A stretch of DNA of 41,454 bases. Origin: Sarea resinae. Lineage: Eukaryota. Made by a program: the position numbers and the translations under genes. Shown piece after piece: positions 34,272 to 41,454 of this stretch. The notes beneath the pieces are model-generated. The model worked only from the letters and a program-made list of their open reading frames with translations, searched no databases and was not told the origin of the DNA. The stretch spans positions 372,001 through 413,454 of the forward strand of contig JAPEUD010000015.1 of assembly GCA_026026165.1 (NCBI GenBank), given 5' to 3'. Position 1 is the stretch's first letter. Each line of letters begins with the position of its first letter.

Positions 34272-34955
34272 TTAAGCACCGCAAGCGGGCTGAATCTCAG
34301 TCGTCAGACCATCACCTTGGGGGGTGATTGAGATGTCGGCACTTTCATCATCCTGATCCTGGGAGAGTGTGCTGCAGAGATATGACCCATCGCCGGTCGC
34401 GAAGTCGTCAAAGTCCCGCGTGGCGTCTTGATTAGCGTCGTCATCAGTGTAGCCGTCGTAGGCAGTCCCCGAGTAACTCCATGAAGCTGAAAGGCTAGAG
34501 ACGGTCGTGGCATCACGTTTCCCACGTTTTCCCATCCTCACGGCCGTCGGGAGATGGATCGTCAGGATGTTATCGCCGTTGGCGTGTTTTGTCGCAGTAT
34601 ATGTGTTACCCTCACTGTCCCAGACCGAATGAAACTTGCCGTATTCGAGCAGTTGAGTTCGTAAGCCGTCATAGACGGTGCCGTTACCATCATCATGCCA
34701 GATAGCCCTGCGAGTATTGCGCACTGCGTTTTGCCCAGTTTGACCCGTTGGCTGACTTTTAAAGCTTGAAACAACAACGACCAGCAAGCTGGCGATAGTG
34801 CCAATGAGGCAAGAGGGCCAATCCCCACTGCCGCAAGACGCCCCGATTGCTCCCAGGGCGACTCCAGCTATTACCTCATTGAAAACCCATCGGCTGACGC
34901 ACAAGGTACTAAGGACGACCAGATATCCAATGGTAAAGACGCCGGAGATCTTCAT
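34272..34955 (-). CDS. Secreted killer-preprotoxin-like protein (SMK-toxin-like alpha/gamma/beta layout), 227 aa, intronless
   Basis: ATG at 34955 and signal peptide MKISGVFTIGYLVVLSTLCVS. Then a Gly/Ala-rich hydrophobic hairpin with 2 Cys, a dibasic site TRR, a spacer with an NGT sequon, a GKRGKR Kex2-type site, and an 80-aa acidic C-terminal module with 2 Cys. Confidence 0.65.
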   Translation of the reverse strand: MKISGVFTIGYLVVLSTLCVSRWVFNEVIAGVALGAIGASCGSGDWPSCLIGTIASLLVVVVSSFKSQPTGQTGQNAVRNTRRAIWHDDGNGTVYDGLRTQLLEYGKFHSVWDSEGNTYTATKHANGDNILTIHLPTAVRMGKRGKRDATTVSSLSASWSYSGTAYDGYTDDDANQDATRDFDDFATGDGSYLCSTLSQDQDDESADISITPQGDGLTTEIQPACGA

Positions 34956-36799
34956 GTCCGGCAATCCAACGGCGAAGCAAGACAGCACCGACAAAGATTG
35001 CAAGGTATATCAAAACAAGTAACGGGAGTGGTGTCCCGTACTTTGTTTGAAATTCAGGCTCAGAGGGGTCCTGGTTCAATCCGGACAGCTTAGAACCCTT
35101 GACCAGCAGCCGTATCAGTCATACAATACATTAATCAAATGGAACAGTAAAAGTGTGTAGACGTGCCATAAAACTCTGTAAGTATAACAAAAGCTTCCCT
35201 TGAGATGGCCCCTGGTATTCAAGAATATCGAAGATAACCTTAGGAAATGGGAGAGGCCTCGATAGGAGAACAAAACAATATATACTTCCAACGCAAAGAA
35301 AGAAAGGCATAGCTCACCAGATCCATGGACGGCACGATCCTCAAGGCTACTGGGAGAATTGGCAAGGGATTTGCATCGAAGAAGGAGCGCTCAGATTCTG
35401 AAGAGGAATGAGTTAGTTCCGTCAAGCCGATAGGATGCTATTATTCTTTGTGCCGCAATCCATCTGAGACATACAGAGATAAGTATGTCCCCACAGCGAG
35501 GAGCGCAAGCTGTTCGAATCCTAAAAGATCGGCTCAAAGCTCGGTATGTATCCACGGCATCTATGGCACTACTCACTATTCAATGGCCGTTGAAGCCTGA
35601 TGCTCTTGCCACCAGCGATCACGCGATATCTTCACGGATTGGGAGGCCTAACTTGTTGACAGCAAAGGTCTTCTTTGGACCCAGTGTTGGGATGCGTTTA
35701 GACGGCGTAGAGAGTCGAGGATTCAAATCCTTCGGAAATGAGATACAATCGTATTTCATGCGGCACAGAGCGATGATCCGTCTCCAAGCAAATTCTCACG
35801 AGTTGTTTGACTCATTCATTGGATATTCAATCTTACGACTCGATGTATCACAGGTGCCGAAGGCCGATTGCAGGTGCGATAGTATCATTTACTAATTCGA
35901 CCGTCAGCTATGATCGTTGCCGGGCCGCAGTGACAGCTGATGATTGTCTTCTTGGCCGAACAAAAGAAAAGAGGCTAACGTCGATGGAAAGTAAAGATTT
36001 GCAAACTTTGATCTCTGGAGAGGTGAGCCCCACATTAATATACGAGGAGGGAATTTCTTTCCGACGGCGAAGGCTGTGTCGTGCAGCAACCCCGCGTTGT
36101 CTTCCCGCAATTCTTGGCGGCTCCTTTAGCAGCGAGAAATCTGCGGCTGATCGACGGTTGATCACATACTTCTTTCCTATCACTTTGACCGATTGGCTTT
36201 CCCGCGCGGAAGAGCGCATAATCTAGTGCCCAATAGCATCCGATTTAACGAGATTCTCTACCCCATATTGGTGCATATCAGCGCGTAGATACCTGGCATT
36301 CCAAATGGTCAAGGTGAAAGGTCGAAAGCGGAAGAGACACGTTCAGGTCGAGAAGTGGAGAGATACGTACAGAACCAACTTCCTATCCCTGTTCTCTGAC
36401 TATATCGTGTGGTTCGAGCCTTGCGAATACATTTTCATACGGACTAGACAGCTAATCAGCCACTGTGGCTCTGAAAGCAACTCGTCTACTCCTCTAGAGC
36501 GCCTTAAGCTGCTATGAGATCAAAGCCGGATCGTGAATTCGTAGTAAACATGAGGTTGAAGCGACCTGATTTATGTATCTAAGAGATAAGCCGCCCACGA
36601 AGAGCTCTTGAAAGAACCACGACATAAGGGCAAAAAAGGTCGACACCTACAGAAACCCTTTATTTTTTTACCTATCCTATAGTCTCCAGACGGGAGCTTA
36701 TGCTCGCCTTGTCGCACCAGGCCTGATTTTTTATGTGGAGGCACGAAAAGTGACGTCTCTATATCGCGGTATCTGCCTATGCGCACACCTAGTACAATA

Positions 36800-37400
36800 G
36801 GACCATATGCTTTTCCTGCGCTCGCTGCACAATGCATGCTGCTAGGCTAATAGCTAATGTACAAAACAAATAGAGCTGATTGCTAGCATTTTAAAGACTT
36901 TTCTTGAGTGAATGATTTGGTCTAAATATATGATCTCTTTAAAAAGATAAGAATAATTTATTTGTGTGTATTCATTATTTTCTACTAATTTCTACCTTAA
37001 TTGTTCTCTCTCTTATTTATCTCCTCTGTATCTATTATTCTATATACTCTCCTTATCTGTAGCTGTCTCTAATCCGTCTTTTTCTCCTTGTAGCTCTCTC
37101 TTTCTTCGCAAATTTTCTTATTATATCTTCTTGTGCCTCTAAGGCCACCTCTACTAACTTGCACCTCCTCTTGTTCTACCTCTGTCCTCTCCTCCTAGTT
37201 ATCCTCTCTATTATCTGCTTCTTGCTTATTCTTATACTTGTCTTCTTTCTCCTCTAGCCTCGCCTGTCTCACGTCTGTAATATGCTGCTATACTTAGCGT
37301 ATGTATTCTGGCCTAGTCTTTTCATAGACTAGGTCCTAGTTCTGCGACGTCTGATTTGTCTTTCGGTATTGTTAGTTACCTTCCCCTGCTGCAAACCACG
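36800..37400. mobile_element. AT-rich, RIP-like degraded segment (unidentified repeat or coding relic)
   Basis: TpA-rich and pyrimidine-skewed on +. The minus strand reads as a stop-riddled, charged (E/K/R-rich) frame. Family not recognisable; boundaries are approximate. Confidence 0.45.
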
Positions 37401-37823
37401 TTCAGCTTAGCTTAGAAGATCTAGATAGCGGCGTTAATTCCGTTCAATTGCATGCAAATTATCTGTCAGCAGAGTGACCTAAGATCCCTACAACGATAGA
37501 ATAGTGAGACACGCAGTCTTGCTAAAGATCTTAGGATAAGGACCTTGTCTCTAAGAATACAGTCAAGTTGACCTGTAACTTTGCATTCACATCCCCCTCA
37601 GCTGTCATACTACACGCGAAGCCACTGTTCTTTTGTGTGTAAGATAGCAGTCTCTTCATCTGCCTTTAACATCTCTTTAATAGTCTTGAGACACCTACAA
37701 GACAGATCACGTATTGACTTTCGATTGCCTTCTACTCTTCCGCATCTTGTCACTAGGATAGAGTCGACTCAGCTCGATCCTCTCACTATTGAGAGTAGTT
37801 CAGCCTCCTTGTCGCACGAGGTC

Positions 37824-39249
37824 ATGCTGGATACATCTAGGCCTTCCTTAAGGCCCTGTTTCAGAACAGCCAGAAATGTTCAATCGATAGACAGTGGTGC
37901 TGCTGGGGTTTCGGTCCACGTCAGCAAAATCCTTAAGCACGTTCAAGATCTCAAGAACAACCGACTAATCGAAGAAGACTCGCAGCTTGATTTTCCCTCA
38001 GGAGACTTCGAAGTCCAACAGCTAGTCAAGTCCCTTAAGGAAGATCAGGATCAGGAGTTGTGGCAATTCTTCTAGAATGAAGTTCGGTAACTTCAATATC
38101 CACTACCCTAGTATACAGGTAAAGTTTCGCGACGCTAGTGCGAGAATGCACGCGCGCAGAACGATGTGAATGCTGTTACTTCTGTGAATATCGATACAAG
38201 CTATAGGAAGTCGCAGCGTCAACGAAGCTTTACTTGCTAACCTTGCAATGCTAACGAAGTGCCACATCAACAGCTGCGATTACTTTCCTGCAGTCCCTAT
38301 CTTCTCACTTTGCATGCCTTCTTCGCAGCACGATACTATCTCCTTCAAAGTTTGCAACGACATATACACCCAGATATGTAGACTTTGTCGGCGTGACGAT
38401 CAGGCAGGGGGATTCGCTAGAAACATCTCTTTCCTTCTTAGCTCTACGGTCAAAGGTCTAGAGGAACAAGAGGATGCAGTTCTGAATACCAGATTTGATC
38501 CCGATGGACAATTTCGTTCTAGCGACTTTTGAGACGAGGCCACTGTATTCAGACAACCACAAGTGGTGATCGAAGTCGCATACTCTCAAACATACTCCTG
38601 TCTTGAGGTCAAGGCCGAAAACCAGATTTGCCTTTGGGATGGGGACATCATTGTCGTTGTTGGCATATCGGTTGCATACCCTTTCATGGAAAATGGCTGG
38701 CTTTCAATCTGGCAGCGTACCCCCGAGCGCGACCAGACCGGGCATTACGGTTGCATCCAGACACTTACACAAGAGGTACGCCGTTCACGTTGTTCCATCC
38801 CGCGCTACCGTCAAGTTTCCGTCAAGCACGGCCACTAATTCAAGCGCTTACAGCCCTTCCGCCTCCACTCCTCGTACGTCCCTAACCCTCAAGCCGGCAT
38901 CAACCTTCAATTGCATGACTTCATCTTTCACGGCGTCGATCCACGAAGCCTATTGAGGGATTCGATCACTGTACCCGCCGCGACGCTCAACGCCTATGTT
39001 GAGCAGGCCGCCATTGAGGCAAAGTACACCACACAGGGAGGTGGTGGCTTAGAATGGGACCGCAAATATGGCCTAACCGCATTGCAACCCGCTATCCCAC
39101 CTGGATTGCGCGGTACGTCCCCCTCACCGCCCGACGCCCATTGGCCGGCCCGGCTGGCAGAAAGCGGGATTGCGCCAAGTGGGATTGCGACCGCGCGAGA
39201 GCATCCAAACATCGCCTCTGACCCGGCCAGCCTGACCTCCGACCCTTAG
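37824..39249 (+). pseudogene. Pseudogene of a fungal PD-(D/E)xK / Uma2-like restriction-endonuclease-fold protein
   Basis: After removing introns 38087-38273 and 38776-38853, one frame reads ..LWQFF*NEVRCDYF..MPSSQHD..FDPDGQFRSSDF*DEA..PQVVIEVAYSQ..L..A..DGDIIVVVGI..LSIW..PFR..INLQLHDF. In-frame stops are TAG 38073-38075 and TGA 38530-38532. The start position is uncertain. Confidence 0.75.
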
Positions 39250-39338
39250 GGAGCACCCTTTCTATGCGACTCAATCTCGGATCTCTTGCCGTTGCGTTGT
39301 TATCACGGGCTCAAACCTCGCAGGCTGCTCGAGCGAAG

Positions 39339-39520
39339 TTAGGGTTAAGGTTAGGGCTACCTGAACCGCTGTACCGCTGCTACCTACCACCCCTACCTTT
39401 TACCTTCTTTACTGAACCTACCCTACCCTACCCTACCTTACCTTACCTTACCTTACCTACCTACTAACTGACTGACTAACTGACTGACTAACTGACTAAC
39501 TGACTGACTGACCTGACTAT
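39339..39520. repeat. Interstitial telomere-like and helicase-associated short repeats: TTAGGG-TTAAGG-TTAGGG, then (CCCTA/CCTTA/CCTA)n and (ACTG/ACTA)n
   Basis: Directly visible at 39339-39356, 39416-39465 and 39466-39520, immediately upstream of the TLH relic. Confidence 0.9.
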
Positions 39521-39552
39521 AGGTCCTAGGTCCTAGAGGGCACTTACTTGTA

Positions 39553-41433
39553 ATAGTAGCAGCAGTAGTAGTTGTTAATTAGTTGCACTATAAACACAAC
39601 TATTAAGTGCTGCTCTACAGTCAGCATTATTACACTATTAAGAACCTTAACTAGTATCTAGAGTATTAGCATATGCTGCTACTAGAGAAGCGCAGGCGAA
39701 TTATTATAAGCTTATACAACTATATCTTAGCTAAACTATATAAGGTGCCTTTACTCTCTAGGAATAGCCCTACTTTTATAGCCTTTAAAGAGCTCTTAAA
39801 CGCCTTTAAATGCAATAATTATAATTAATATAGCTATATTAGCGTGAGCTAGACAGTAATACAGTAACATTGTAACTAAAAACATAACTAGTAAGTAAGT
39901 AAGTAGAACACTAAGTATTAGCACTTAATTAAAGTGTAGACCTTCTTTAATAGTAGTAGGCTACAGCGATATTTTCCTATCTAGCTAGCAGATAATAATT
40001 AATAACTACAACAGCTGCTTCTTAATGTTAATAATAATAATAATAATAATAATAAGAATCTTTTAAGCTAAGAAGCTTCTAACCTAGCTAGTTAGATCTA
40101 GTGTGAATTTAATGCTTAGTAAGCTATATATAAGCAGAGTTAGGCTCTAATTAAGAGTAAAATATAGAAGACTAATTAGACTAGCTAGTTTAGTTATATA
40201 GGCTAGCCTACTTACCTTTACTATTAGAATATAGTGTATCTTCTCTATACTAGCTAGCTACTAAACTAGCGACTTCTTTAGCAGCAGCAGCGCTAGAGGC
40301 AGGATTTTAACTATATCCTTTACTAAGTAGCTAAAGTTACTTAACTAATAATTAAGCGCTATATAGCTAGGCTTATAACTTTACTACTTAAGCTCTGCTA
40401 CTAGTTATATAGTAAGAAGCGTATTAAAGTCTATCTAAAGCTATTAGGTTAGCTATAGACCTCTAAGGCTTAGGTGCGCTATATTAACTATTAAGTGTGT
40501 CTAATCTGCTATTATTTATATATCTTTACTTACTGCACCTTTATAGCTAATACACTTAATATATAGCTAAAAGATACTAATAAATTGCTATATCTAATAG
40601 CAAAGCAAAACAAGCGCTTATAGGCTATCTAAGAGTCGCTTAAGCTAGATAGTAATAAGGCCTTATAGGTTAACTAAGTGCTAGCCTTTTTATAAGCGCT
40701 AATCTTTTACCTACTACTAGTAGACCTCTTTAATAACATGCTAATCTACTTTCTTACTATACTTAGTATTAACTCTAAAACTAATTAGCTATATATAGCA
40801 ACAGGCTACTCTTACTAGCTAGCTAGAGTAGTCTACTATATATAGGTAATTAAAGCTAAAGCGCTTTTACTAGCAGCTAGGTGCTTATAGTAAGGCCTAG
40901 CTAAGTAGAAGCACTTTCTCTTATAGCATAAGAGATTTCTAGCTAACAGCTTACTAAGCCTAATAAGTATAATAATTAGCCTACTAGTATATACTAAGTA
41001 TATTAGTATATAGAAGCCTAGTATAGTGATAACAAATTAGGCCTAGAATAGTGCTCTATTACTATACTTCTAAGGTAAGCTAATTATAATCGCTTACTTC
41101 TAGCAGATAGCGCACTAGGTTATTAAGGCAGCTAAGGCTATTCTCTAGTAAGAGCTTATATAGTGTAGTAAGGTAAAGGACTACTTTATAGTCGACTTTA
41201 CTAGCATTAAAGACAATATAGCTTTTACTAAGTAGAATTAGTCTTTCCTTAGCAATCTAGCTAACTAGCTTAATTAGAGGCTCTTTTAGATAGTAGTGTA
41301 TATAGCTCTAAACTTCTAGACTATTTAGAAGAAAGAAAGAGAAAAGAAGACCTCTCTAACAATGTAATAGCACTAGCTAAGAACTTAGCCTAGTTAAGGA
41401 CTACTACTAGTAAGTGTAGGCCTTTCTTAAGGG
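39553..41433 (+). pseudogene. RIP-destroyed, 3'-truncated telomere-linked RecQ helicase (TLH) gene: N-terminal DUF3505-like domain and central conserved region only
   Basis: Frame +1 is kept from 39553 to about 41330. Raw translation includes KV*TFFNSSRLQRYFP (39931 on) and LIYFLTILSINSKTN*LYIATGYSY*LARVVYYI*VI..RFLANSLLSLISIIISLLVYTK..AKAIL**ELI* (40741 on). Reversing only C>T and G>A changes restores VQTFF..RYF, HFLAVLGID, YSY.LAGVVYC.RV, FLADGS.SPMS.MISLLAY.K and AE.ILW.ELMW, which are recalled TLH motifs. Confidence 0.85.
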
Positions 41434-41454
41434 TTAGGGTTAGGGTTAGGGTTA
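41434..41454 (+). repeat. Telomeric repeat (TTAGGG)3+TTA at the window end
   Basis: G-rich strand runs 5'->3' toward the end, the correct polarity for a right chromosome end. It is preceded by TTAAGGG. Only 3.5 units are visible. Confidence 0.85.

Overview
This is eukaryotic DNA: a chromosome end from a filamentous ascomycete, shown by spliceosomal introns, RIP-type mutation and terminal TTAGGG repeats. The left and central parts hold intact metabolic and regulatory genes: a Zn2Cys6 transcription factor, a cytochrome P450, a peroxisomal 4CL-like acyl-CoA ligase, a SAM methyltransferase, an Fsy1/Frt1-like sugar porter, a divergent Baeyer-Villiger monooxygenase / paraoxonase-like pair, and a GPI-anchored GH76. 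Genes associated with biological conflict are interspersed. The main one is an intact, intronless 932-aa Spok-like gene (coiled-coil VNTR, PD-(D/E)xK nuclease, Cys/His cluster, kinase), a candidate single-gene toxin-antidote meiotic driver. It sits in an accessory block with BTB, DUF6540-like and coiled-coil genes. Nearer the telomere are a 227-aa SMK-type killer-preprotoxin-like gene and a nuclease-fold pseudogene. The last ~2 kb is a heavily RIP-mutated telomere-linked helicase (TLH) relic, still readable in one frame, preceded by telomere-like repeats and cut off mid-gene by the telomere. All family assignments come from motif recognition by eye and recalled consensus, not from database searches.
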